DNA of 64,000 nucleotides from a virus: IMG/VR virus record IMGVR_UViG_3300030041_000010; one strand, 5' to 3'. Shown piece by piece: positions 37,498 to 46,681 of this stretch (position 1 is its first letter; each line of letters starts with the position of its first letter). The notes under the pieces were generated by a model. It saw only the letters and a program-made list of their open reading frames with translations, ran no database searches and was not told where the DNA came from. The position numbers and the translations under genes were made by a program.

Positions 37498-40400
37498 CCC
37501 CCACCCGTAGGTCTGATTACCTTCACCCGTGTTGATTCTGTCCGTGTCGAATGAATCGAAATGGAAAGGAGTGCCGTGATAAACTTCCTTGCCCAACTTC
37601 GCCCCCGGCACCATGGCCTCAAGACTTGGCATCAAACTGTTGCCTTCTACACGCTCGGGCTGAAGGGCATACGCATTAGAGCCCTCACCGTCGTTCTTGT
37701 CCATGTTGGGGAACGTGGTGTCGGACATCGGGGTCTGCTTGTGACTCCCAAATTTCATCACACCCACCAGCTTTAAGCACCGAGGGTTGTAGAAACACAC
37801 ACCTCCGAAGGATTCATCAGCCAATCCGTCAACTCCCTTTTGTACCATCATTTTGGGGAAGTTTGGATTTGCATCAGGACGTACTTTAAGTGCGGCGTAC
37901 TCGTCCCAGTCATCCGATTCTTTCAAGTCGAGGATATGTCCACCAATGATTTCAAACTCCAGCACAACTCCACCTTCTTCGTCATCCGAGAAGTCGGCGT
38001 AGTTTGATTTGGCAAGGTCAGGATCGAGTGCAGTGTAAAATGCTGTACCAAAATAGCCGGGGCTGCATTTGGTTATATCCACTCCACGCTTGCGAATGTC
38101 TTCTGCTGACTTTGAATCAGTGCCGTGGTAGACGTGGGTTCCTTTTAGAATTGAAGCGGTTTTATTCACCTCTTCTGCAAAGCCGGGGTTGCACTCGGGG
38201 CATGTGCATATTGGGCACTCATGACTTCCGCAATAGGCATGATATTTTTTCTGGATAGCAGCGCCCGGTGGAACTACGAGTATGTCAGGCGGTCCGAACT
38301 GGTCATGGGTGCCGTCGATGATCGTGCCATCTTTCATCACGTTCCAAGAATGGTCGCCATGGCCGTTGTGTCCCTTATCAGGAGTGGGGTACAGGTAGAA
38401 TCCACTGGCTTTTTCCCAGCCGAACTTGTTCTCAAGTATGTCGGCCATGGTGTGACATTGGCCTTCTCCATCCTCCTCGCGTAGGGTTTTTAGAATCGCC
38501 CGGATTTGTGGTATGTCGATTGTTTTCTTGGCACCAACCTTTAACTGGTTGTAGTCGGCGATGTATGGCTCAAATACTTTAATTTTCTGCTCGATGTCCT
38601 TCTTTTGTGCAGGGTCTTTAGCACTCTTCAACATATCCACAAGCGCCTCATACTGCTGCACAATTGCGGCCTGTTCTTCACGTGAGTGATTCCACATGCG
38701 GTCACTCTTCAACCGAAGGTCTTTCAGTGTCTGAACGATTGTGTTGGGGTCTTTCATCTTGCCGTATGGGTCAGCTTCATTGGTCTTTGGGAAGCGATTT
38801 CCTTGTGGGTCGATTTCCGACTGCATGATGTGAGTGGTCTCATGTGCTGTAAGCTGGTCTGCAATTTCGGTGTGTAGGAACATATCTATGTATTTAGGGT
38901 TGACATAAACTACCCGAGTACCTTGTTCCACCTGACAGATTTCATCTCCACCCCCTTCTCTAGTGGAGGGCACGCCAGCTTTGAACGTGATTGTATTTGG
39001 GTCTCCTATCCGGCTTTGAATAGTTTGTGGTAGGCGCTTAATCATGTCATGCCCTACTTGATTCAATTCCTTGTCATGAGGGTTAGAAGGAGGTGTGGTG
39101 GTGTGTTTTGAGACCAAGGCAGTACCGAGTGCTCCTGAAAGCAACGCGACACCAAGCCCCTTTAATACATCCTTTACTCCAGCCTCTTTTGTCACTCCAC
39201 TGGGAACATACAGCCCAGCTTCCTTGATGTACTCAGCTTCTCCCATATCCAGAATCCGTTTGAGAGACTTGAGATAGATGATGGCTTCACTGAAATTGCG
39301 GTGACCCAAGGCAACAGCCGCGAACTTGGCGTATCTCTGAGCGCGGTTATAAACAGTCAATCGGCTATGAGCGTTACCGTAAGCCTCCCACAGCTTGAAA
39401 AATTCTTTCGCCAGTTCCTCATAACTGCGACCCTTGAGCTTCGGGTTGTTGTCTTCCACTTGAGCCCGGTAATTGTTCTGCATGTTCTCACGCACTTCGC
39501 GTTCGAACCCATACTCATTGGTCAGCCAGTAAAGGCACTTATCTACCTTGTCTTTTACAATTCCGTACTGCCCCTGAAAGTAGGTGAAGTGTTGAGCCAT
39601 ACGGTTCGTAATGTCACCACAGTGCTCCAGCGCGTGAGTGCCAATGCCAGCACCTAAAGGATGCATCTGGCAACGAAGCATGGCCTTCTCAGGCTCTCCT
39701 CTTTGGTCGGAAGCTAGTTCATCGAACTTCTTATCTCGTTCATTTTCTACAGCGGCTGTCTTCACCTTCTTCCCACTCAAACCAATAGCAGAGGGTGGGA
39801 TGAAGTCGTAGAAGATGCGTTCGTTGGGGTTAAGCATCCCACGCACAGGGCCACCAGTATGTCCCCCAATGTCGGTGCCATATTGGTCACGCTTATAGGT
39901 GGCAATGGTGACACGGGCAGGGACTTCGGTGAGCCCAGCCATCTGTGCCTGTGCGATACGATGGTTGCCTTCGATCACAAGGGCTGTGTTGGTATCCTTA
40001 AAATAACGGAGGGTAATAGGCGACCGGATGCCATGGCGCTTGATGTCTTCGACAGAATCATGAAACGCATCCTCACCATGCCGGTTGTCCTTTGGGCTCC
40101 AGTGATACTCACGCAGGGGGAGTAGCTGAGAGATGGGCACGTACTCTACCCACGGCTCGGATAACTCGCGTGCGTATGCCTGAGGAAGCCAGTCCTTATA
40201 CTTATCAGACTCCATCATGGTTTCCCATTTGGTGCTTTCATCCTCTCCGCGTGCATACGCTTCCTTAACGCTGCTGGTTTTAATTGACGTGTTAATTGAC
40301 GCGATGTTGGTCTTAATTGACGCGATGTTGGTCTTAATTGACGCGAAATGTTGGATACTGGCTGTCTTGTCTTCACTCTTCACAGCTACGAGCACGGTGT

Positions 40401-43400
40401 TCTTGGCATACTTCATTTTGTCATCTTCAATGTCAACCAACTCTTGAGCAATCTCCATCGCTCTTTCGCGAGTCACGCCTTCACGCATCTCTTGACGCAG
40501 GAGTTCAACGGTATCATCATTGTCGTCATCCCACAGCGGCTCCTCGGCGCTGAGGTCATTCTGGTCAACTGAGAACATGTCTCCAGTTTCCTTGTTCCAC
40601 GCATAGACAAAAATATCGGGTAGTTTGGCCAGTTGTTTCCAAACGGCACGGCCACCATCGGTCTGCTTATCGCCTGATACGATGGTTGGGCAGTGACCAT
40701 TTTTAATCAACCACGCATACAGCTTAGCGGGTAATCCTAGCCCCAAATACCAGTTGTCAAAAGCGATAGCACCGATGCTGAAGTAATGCTCTTGCTGATC
40801 CATTTCACAGAACCCGGCATTCCTTTTATTCACACTGTCGTACACCGCAAAGGTGGGTTCCTTTTCATCGTAATTTGCTTTGCTTATTTGATAGGAGCCC
40901 ATCTTGCCAACGGGTGATGCGGGTTTTGGATCAAACTGGGATTGTGTGAAAAAGTCCCACCGTCTGGACATGACCCTGAACAAGCTCATTGGACTGCCAG
41001 TGTCTCGAATTCCATGATCCCACTTGTTGATGGCAGTCTTCGTCGCCTTGAAGTCGATGTAATAGCGGCCCTTGGACTTCTTCACTGGGTAACGTTGTGC
41101 CAACCGCTTCCATGCCTTGTGAGCATCCGGCTGCATATCGGTGCTAGACCATAGGCGGTCGGCACCCTGCTTCTTCGCTTCTTCAATCGCACGGTCGTAG
41201 AGCATCTGACCGAGGCCAGTTCCACGCCAGTCATCCTCAATAGAGACATCGAACACATAGTCCTTGCCGTTTTCCTTATCCAGTTCAATGTAACCAACCG
41301 GCAACGTGTGTTGAGAGTGCGGATTCGGGCGGCGGTCGGGTGTCCATGCTTCAATGACAAGCGTGTCGCCTCCTATCATCCTGCCGGGGCGCACTTCGAA
41401 AGTAATCTTGCTGAGGTCTTCCTCGCGGTCGTTGTATTTCTTGTAACCAAAATCAGGCATGGCGGTCTTCACATAGCCCCGCAACGGCTGCTTAATCAAC
41501 GCATCAACCTGAGGTCGTCCTTCGAATACCTGCACTACTTCCAAATCTTCCGGCTTGCAAAGAAAGTTGGTGTAGGTTTCCCACGTATCCACAGCCGCAG
41601 CCCGAGGAGAGAAGTTTCCGTTCACACCACCATCGGCGATGAGCCGGTTCAACCCATCTACTGTTTTCTTCATGGTTGCGTAGTGGCGGGTCGATTCAAA
41701 GTTCTTGATGCGACACTTTATGATGGCCGGTTCACCATTCAACCGGGAGTTCTTTACATCACGAGTGCTGTATTTGCCGAGAAGGTAGGCTTCGATTTGA
41801 CGTGGGACTTCGCCACCGCCCCCTGCCCAACGACCGGCAACCCCACCACCCGGTGAGGTGCTGACTAAATGGGCTTCACCTTGATAGCTCCGTCTGGTCA
41901 TTCCCAGCGTTTTGACCATCTTCTTGGGGATGTCGGCCTCGGTCATGTCGTATTTTGCCAGCACATCTTGTAGAATGGCATCGAACTCAAGCCCACGGAA
42001 ACCCTCCTTGAGAATTAAGTTGGCTATTTCTACTGTAGTTCCATGATAGACGATACCTGACAGAGCATCCTGCTGCAAGCTGTTCCATACATCCTGACCG
42101 TCAGTTGCAGCGGCGGTTTTCCTTCCCTGAGACTTCAAAGGAATGCGATACCGCCTTTGAGTGTCATCGTATTCTACGGGATAACGTTCACTGAGGCGCT
42201 TCCAAGCCCCAACTGCGTCTTTACTGAGGTTGTTGGGGGTTACGTCTGAATACAGATACTCTGCGCCCCGTTTCTTAGCCTGTGCAATAACGCGGTCGTA
42301 CAGCATCTGACCTAAACCAGTGCCACGCCATTCCGGCTTGATATTAGAATGGGTAATCGCGTAGGAAAGTTCCTCTCTGTTCAAAAACAATTTCTCGGCG
42401 GTGACGTATCCCTGCGTCTTCTCCATGGATTTTTTGATGGGGTCGATTGCTTCGGCCTCAAGCAAATGAATGCCGTGGTCCGGCTCCTGAATGCGGAGTT
42501 TTTTCAAGTCTTTTTCACGATCATTGAACTTTGTGTAGTTGAAGTCAGGACTGGCAACTTTAGACGTAGTTTTATGCTTCGCTATCCTCGGGGGTTTAAG
42601 CTTGAACTGTTGCAAAATGTCTTCACCACTATCCCATAGTTCCTTGAGTCTGGACTTCTGCTCGTCCGTTCTTGGCATGGAGGAACCATGATACTTAATC
42701 ATAGGAGCCCCATACTTCATTAGGATGGGGTCAGTGCTCATGAACAACCGCTTGGGATAAGTCATCTTTCCATCAGCACATTGGCCGAGGTATTCTTTCT
42801 GCTTAGGGCTCAAGCGAAGCGAGATTTGCCAACCCAAAGTGCTTCCACTGCTGTCGGCAGAGATGAGAACGTAAAAAGGACGGAGGTTAGTATCGTCAGT
42901 TACTGTGTCTTGGTCAGATGTTTTTGTAACAAAATTGGCACCGTACTTGGCATTAAAACGTTGAGCTATTGCCATCCACTTAGGACCGTGACCACCGTCA
43001 CCACGATGAATACCACGCATCATTTTGTATGTATGAAACCCGTACTTCTTCAGGTCGGCAACTTCATTAACAAGGAAATCCTCTGAGTGGGCCAACTCAT
43101 GAGCCAAAATCCTACGAAGTGTACGTTCATCTCCCGTTACTCGTTTTTGAATTTCAATCTCAGTGTTATCCCACCAGAAAGGCTTCCCTTCTTTTAGACC
43201 ATATTGCCAATGACATAGACCGAGGGTGTTGCCTTGACTGTTGTTTATTTTTATCTTGGGTCTAGGGAGCCCCGGAGCTAGTACGGTCATCATCTCATTG
43301 ATGATAGCGTCTATCTTACTTAAAACTTCAAAGTTTTGGTTTGCGGCTGTTTTGAACGCAGTAGTGCCCGTCACTTGTGCCGCATCTGTTTTTTGAAGGA

Positions 43401-43419
43401 GTTCGTTCCGCATCCGCAA
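37465..43419 (-). CDS. Polyvalent megaprotein (1984 aa in this frame), carrying the following modules in order:
- SprT-like HExxH zincin module.
- GNAT domain.
- ART-like domain.
- GNAT domain.
- 21-nt tandem repeat.
- ParB-like domain.
- Hydrophobic segment.
- Second SprT-like zincin module.
- Two ART-like domains.
   Basis: Marker motifs: 'ILAHELAHS'; 'RGTGLGQMLYDR' twice; 'VYHGTT'; 'HGIRSPITLRYF...VIEGNHRIA'; 'GLGVALLSGALGTALV'; 'AHETTHIM'; 'VYHGTDSKS...GYFGTAFY'. The ORF ends at a stop inside an ART repeat. Confidence 0.85.
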   Translation of the reverse strand: MRMRNELLQKTDAAQVTGTTAFKTAANQNFEVLSKIDAIINEMMTVLAPGLPRPKIKINNSQGNTLGLCHWQYGLKEGKPFWWDNTEIEIQKRVTGDERTLRRILAHELAHSEDFLVNEVADLKKYGFHTYKMMRGIHRGDGGHGPKWMAIAQRFNAKYGANFVTKTSDQDTVTDDTNLRPFYVLISADSSGSTLGWQISLRLSPKQKEYLGQCADGKMTYPKRLFMSTDPILMKYGAPMIKYHGSSMPRTDEQKSRLKELWDSGEDILQQFKLKPPRIAKHKTTSKVASPDFNYTKFNDREKDLKKLRIQEPDHGIHLLEAEAIDPIKKSMEKTQGYVTAEKLFLNREELSYAITHSNIKPEWRGTGLGQMLYDRVIAQAKKRGAEYLYSDVTPNNLSKDAVGAWKRLSERYPVEYDDTQRRYRIPLKSQGRKTAAATDGQDVWNSLQQDALSGIVYHGTTVEIANLILKEGFRGLEFDAILQDVLAKYDMTEADIPKKMVKTLGMTRRSYQGEAHLVSTSPGGGVAGRWAGGGGEVPRQIEAYLLGKYSTRDVKNSRLNGEPAIIKCRIKNFESTRHYATMKKTVDGLNRLIADGGVNGNFSPRAAAVDTWETYTNFLCKPEDLEVVQVFEGRPQVDALIKQPLRGYVKTAMPDFGYKKYNDREEDLSKITFEVRPGRMIGGDTLVIEAWTPDRRPNPHSQHTLPVGYIELDKENGKDYVFDVSIEDDWRGTGLGQMLYDRAIEEAKKQGADRLWSSTDMQPDAHKAWKRLAQRYPVKKSKGRYYIDFKATKTAINKWDHGIRDTGSPMSLFRVMSRRWDFFTQSQFDPKPASPVGKMGSYQISKANYDEKEPTFAVYDSVNKRNAGFCEMDQQEHYFSIGAIAFDNWYLGLGLPAKLYAWLIKNGHCPTIVSGDKQTDGGRAVWKQLAKLPDIFVYAWNKETGDMFSVDQNDLSAEEPLWDDDNDDTVELLRQEMREGVTRERAMEIAQELVDIEDDKMKYAKNTVLVAVKSEDKTASIQHFASIKTNIASIKTNIASINTSIKTSSVKEAYARGEDESTKWETMMESDKYKDWLPQAYARELSEPWVEYVPISQLLPLREYHWSPKDNRHGEDAFHDSVEDIKRHGIRSPITLRYFKDTNTALVIEGNHRIAQAQMAGLTEVPARVTIATYKRDQYGTDIGGHTGGPVRGMLNPNERIFYDFIPPSAIGLSGKKVKTAAVENERDKKFDELASDQRGEPEKAMLRCQMHPLGAGIGTHALEHCGDITNRMAQHFTYFQGQYGIVKDKVDKCLYWLTNEYGFEREVRENMQNNYRAQVEDNNPKLKGRSYEELAKEFFKLWEAYGNAHSRLTVYNRAQRYAKFAAVALGHRNFSEAIIYLKSLKRILDMGEAEYIKEAGLYVPSGVTKEAGVKDVLKGLGVALLSGALGTALVSKHTTTPPSNPHDKELNQVGHDMIKRLPQTIQSRIGDPNTITFKAGVPSTREGGGDEICQVEQGTRVVYVNPKYIDMFLHTEIADQLTAHETTHIMQSEIDPQGNRFPKTNEADPYGKMKDPNTIVQTLKDLRLKSDRMWNHSREEQAAIVQQYEALVDMLKSAKDPAQKKDIEQKIKVFEPYIADYNQLKVGAKKTIDIPQIRAILKTLREEDGEGQCHTMADILENKFGWEKASGFYLYPTPDKGHNGHGDHSWNVMKDGTIIDGTHDQFGPPDILVVPPGAAIQKKYHAYCGSHECPICTCPECNPGFAEEVNKTASILKGTHVYHGTDSKSAEDIRKRGVDITKCSPGYFGTAFYTALDPDLAKSNYADFSDDEEGGVVLEFEIIGGHILDLKESDDWDEYAALKVRPDANPNFPKMMVQKGVDGLADESFGGVCFYNPRCLKLVGVMKFGSHKQTPMSDTTFPNMDKNDGEGSNAYALQPERVEGNSLMPSLEAMVPGAKLGKEVYHGTPFHFDSFDTDRINTGEGNQTYGWGTVLRGKPRCC
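39910..40182 (-). other. ParB/Srx-like nuclease domain in the 1984-aa protein
   Basis: Motif 'DSVEDIKRHGIRSPITLRYFKDTNTALVIEGNHRIAQAQMAG'. Confidence 0.65.
40280..40354 (-). repeat. 21-nt tandem repeat (about 3.5 copies) encoding 'ASIKTNI' repeats
   Basis: 'TTAATTGACGCGATGTTGGTC' repeated on the + strand. Confidence 0.85.
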
Positions 43420-43445
43420 TCCTGCCTATATAAGAAAGCGGTAGT

Positions 43446-43769
43446 CTAAAGGACTAAATCCCGTATTTCCTTGAACCCCAACAGCCTCTGGCGTTCTATG
43501 TCGAAAGCTTTACCATGCCGGTGACCGCACTTGATGTGGATCATTTCGTGGATTAAGGTGACTTTGGAGATAGCTCTCCACCCCCCAACGAAAGGGTTGA
43601 TTCGGATTCTCCATATCTTTTCTTCTTCCAGATATAAACAGTCACCGAAGGTGGCTCCCCCTAATGGCTCCCACCAAACCACAGCGTCAGGTAGTTCTCC
43701 ACCAAAGTATAGTTTGTTGAACTTGATATAGTATCTCTTAAGCTGGCGGTCGGATTTTAGCATTTCCAC
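43446..43769 (-). CDS. SprT-like zinc metallopeptidase domain protein (107 aa)
   Basis: Motif '...GDCLYLEEEKIWRIRINPF...TLIHEMIHIKCGHRHG', a classic HEMxH. Confidence 0.75.
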   Translation of the reverse strand: MEMLKSDRQLKRYYIKFNKLYFGGELPDAVVWWEPLGGATFGDCLYLEEEKIWRIRINPFVGGWRAISKVTLIHEMIHIKCGHRHGKAFDIERQRLLGFKEIRDLVL

Positions 43770-43790
43770 AGCCTCCCGGAGCCCGAGGCT

Positions 43791-44330
43791 CTACTTGAAG
43801 GAGACGGTAGTCATCGACTGAAGAGCTTTTAGATAAGTAAGACCAGCAGTTTTTACAGTGGTACTGCTGTTTTTAGGCGTCCTACCCTGCTCTTCCTGAT
43901 GCGCCTCAATCGTGTCGAAGGCATAATCGAAGGGGACTTCAGAGATGTCACCCACGCGGTCGTCATCCCAGCCGGTTGGATAATGGGCGAGGTACATTTC
44001 TAAAGCTGAATCCAAATTCGGGAAACCCAACATAATCTTGTACTCATCTAGCTTCCCCTTTGCATCCAACTGCTCTATCACAAACACCTTGTCCGACGCC
44101 TCATCTTCGCCAATATAAACATCCAGACCCTCCCCGTCCCTGCCGTTAACGTCGGAGACGTAGCCATAATCGCATTGCATGGTCCTCTTCCAAGGCTTGC
44201 CCTGTTCATCCTTGCCTGTACGTACTGAATTTTTTGGCCATTCGATTACAATGGGAATGCCTCGGTACTCAGTGGAGTGCCGCTGAGACAATTTTTCAGC
44301 TATGCGAAGAAACTTGGATTCAAAATTCAT
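43791..44330 (-). CDS. Hypothetical acidic protein (179 aa), first gene of the minus-strand megaprotein operon
   Basis: ORF lying downstream of a divergent promoter region. Confidence 0.55.
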   Translation of the reverse strand: MNFESKFLRIAEKLSQRHSTEYRGIPIVIEWPKNSVRTGKDEQGKPWKRTMQCDYGYVSDVNGRDGEGLDVYIGEDEASDKVFVIEQLDAKGKLDEYKIMLGFPNLDSALEMYLAHYPTGWDDDRVGDISEVPFDYAFDTIEAHQEEQGRTPKNSSTTVKTAGLTYLKALQSMTTVSFK

Positions 44331-44485
44331 ATAGCCCCTTGGTGTTTAGCTATTCTTATCCTATAGATGAATCTCAAATGTGGAAAATTCCGATTTCCTA
44401 GTATTACTAACTCAGTCCATGCATTACATTTGATACTACTGGACTTACTTATAGAACCGCGCACACTGATTACCATTGTACGCGC

Positions 44486-46117
44486 ATGGTTGGAGGAGAC
44501 CGCTTGAGCGTTAAAAAGAAGAAGCCAGCAACACCCCCGGAGAAGTCCCCATTAACGCTTTCTCCACCGTCTAAAGAAGACATAGTAGCCGACGCGCAGC
44601 GAGTCGCTAAGTTGTTGCCTGAGGGAGAAGAACTAACCCGAGGATTCTATCGTAATCACAGGAACAAGCAGCTTATTAGAGAAAAGGATGTAGAGTGGCA
44701 TTTTCCTAAGTTTGGCGGTCTTGTTCTGGCTGCGGGTTTGAAGGCGACAACGCAACAAGTAGAAGAGAACCCCTCTCAAACCATCACGGATGAGGAGCAA
44801 GACCTTATCTACGATAAGGACTATGTTTACAACAAGGAGACGGACACATATATCACCCCCCTTCCTCGCACCCTTGGTGGGAAAAGCGTTATCCTTGCGG
44901 GAGAGATTCATCGTGCGATGTTGAAAGCCTACTCTAACTGGGATGGAGCGTCCGAGACCATCAATGAAATTTGTCGTCGGTTTAAATTCCGTCGCGATTG
45001 GTTCATGGAGTATAAGGCTCTGCATGGATGGACCCATGATAAAGAGCCCTTCACCAACGAGGAGCTAATCACTCGTGATGTGGATGATATGGCGGATGAC
45101 GCGGTTCAACAACTTCGTCTGAAGGTATTCAACTCCTATCAGAAAAAAGTTTGGCAAGCAACCATTACCGATGCGAAGAAGTGGAACCATTTTGAGCAGT
45201 CAGTTTTACTCCCTCTGAGCGAACAGATTAAGCAAACGCTGTCAGACTATAAACCGCCAATGCTTACTCTTCCAAAAAGTGATGAGCCCTACGCTCTTGT
45301 GGTAGCCCCTTTCGACTTGCACTTCGGTAAGTATGGTTGGATGGATGAAACCGGACAAGGATACAGCCGCTCTGAAGCACGTGATTTGCTTATGGACAAA
45401 ACCAATGAGTTGGCAAAGTATGTTGCCAAACTGGGTCGTCCTGAATTGGTCGTAGTGGCTTCTGGGTCAGACTGGTTTCATATTGACAATCAATGGAATA
45501 CCACAACACGTGGTACACCACAAGACACTGATGGAACACCTTCACAGATTTTGATGGAGGGGTGTCAATTGGCCTACGACCACATCGAAATGCTTCGACA
45601 GCTTGCTCCCATCAAATACCTCAATGTCCCCGGCAATCATGATTACAACAACGCCATCAGTATGATGATGTTTTTGCTTGGCAAATACACGGGGGCCAAA
45701 GATGTGGAAATTATTCAGTCTCCACAGAAGCGGCAGTATGTAGGGTACGGTAACTCCCTTCTTGGCTTCGGCCATGGGGATTGCGTGGCCCCGAAAGACA
45801 TGATGTCGGCTATGGTAAAAGAGGCGAAGGATTTGTTCACTCACAGCGAGTTTCAATACTTCTTCTCAGGGCATCTACACCACGAGATTGCTCGGGAGAT
45901 TGGAGGACTGACCCACTACCAACTGAAGAGTTTGTCAGGGTTAGATCGTTACCATTCAAAGCATGGCTACATTACTTCAGGTCGTGCGTTACAGTCCTTT
46001 GTGGTCAGTCGTACAAGTGGTGTTACGCTTCAGATTAACTGCAACGTCATTGGAGACACGCTGTTCGGGGTGAAGGAACGAAACGTTAACACCAAATCGA
46101 AAGCGAGGCATTACTAA
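44486..46117 (+). CDS. Calcineurin-like metallophosphoesterase (543 aa) with an N-terminal extension
   Basis: Motifs 'VVAPFDLHFG', 'SGSDWFHID', 'VPGNHDY' and 'FSGHLHHE'. Confidence 0.7.
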   Translation: MVGGDRLSVKKKKPATPPEKSPLTLSPPSKEDIVADAQRVAKLLPEGEELTRGFYRNHRNKQLIREKDVEWHFPKFGGLVLAAGLKATTQQVEENPSQTITDEEQDLIYDKDYVYNKETDTYITPLPRTLGGKSVILAGEIHRAMLKAYSNWDGASETINEICRRFKFRRDWFMEYKALHGWTHDKEPFTNEELITRDVDDMADDAVQQLRLKVFNSYQKKVWQATITDAKKWNHFEQSVLLPLSEQIKQTLSDYKPPMLTLPKSDEPYALVVAPFDLHFGKYGWMDETGQGYSRSEARDLLMDKTNELAKYVAKLGRPELVVVASGSDWFHIDNQWNTTTRGTPQDTDGTPSQILMEGCQLAYDHIEMLRQLAPIKYLNVPGNHDYNNAISMMMFLLGKYTGAKDVEIIQSPQKRQYVGYGNSLLGFGHGDCVAPKDMMSAMVKEAKDLFTHSEFQYFFSGHLHHEIAREIGGLTHYQLKSLSGLDRYHSKHGYITSGRALQSFVVSRTSGVTLQINCNVIGDTLFGVKERNVNTKSKARHY

Positions 46118-46575
46118 TGCTGACCATAACCAAAGGATACAAGCCAGAAGATATTGACAGTATCCATAACCTAGAGAACGCTTGCTTCAGCCGACCATAT
46201 CGTTGGAGCAAGCAAGACCTAACCTCCTCTCTGGAGACGGTCAACACACATGTTTGGGTCGGGGTGTACGATAGCAAAGTGGTGGGGTATGTGCTTGTTG
46301 AGATAGATAAAGACGAAACCACCGGGCATGTTGTTTCATTATGCGTTGACCCATCATGTCAACAACAGGGATTCGGTAAGTTGTTGATGGAGGAGGCAGA
46401 GACCTCCCTTAAAAAGCTGGGTGTAAGGAAAATGAGACTTGAGGTACAAGTGGACAACCCCGCTCAAGTTTTATATTTCAAGCTGGGGTATCGAGTGGTC
46501 GGAGTCACACAGAAGTATTACTCCAACGGCACCGCTGGTATCACGATGGTTAAGCCTTTGAAGCGCCGGTCTTAG
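46117..46575 (+). CDS. GNAT family N-acetyltransferase (RimI-like), 152 aa
   Basis: Motif 'VSLCVDPSCQQQGFGKLLMEEAE...LEVQVDNPAQVLYFKLGY'. The start overlaps the upstream stop (TAATG). Confidence 0.8.
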   Translation: MLTITKGYKPEDIDSIHNLENACFSRPYRWSKQDLTSSLETVNTHVWVGVYDSKVVGYVLVEIDKDETTGHVVSLCVDPSCQQQGFGKLLMEEAETSLKKLGVRKMRLEVQVDNPAQVLYFKLGYRVVGVTQKYYSNGTAGITMVKPLKRRS

Positions 46576-46681
46576 CGTCTTCATTTTACTCTCGGGCCTC
46601 GGAAGGATGACACGTTATCAAAACCGTGACCTTCAAGTACGTGGCTCCCTACTAAGGAACCACGTAGTTCAGTCTTTGGGA

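Noticed and set aside
43791-44330. Inorganic pyrophosphatase-like motif 'GRDGEGLDVYIGED' in the 179-aa protein
   Set aside because: It does not fit the PPase signature D-[SGDN]-D-[PE]-[LIVMF]-D and is too short to support a call.
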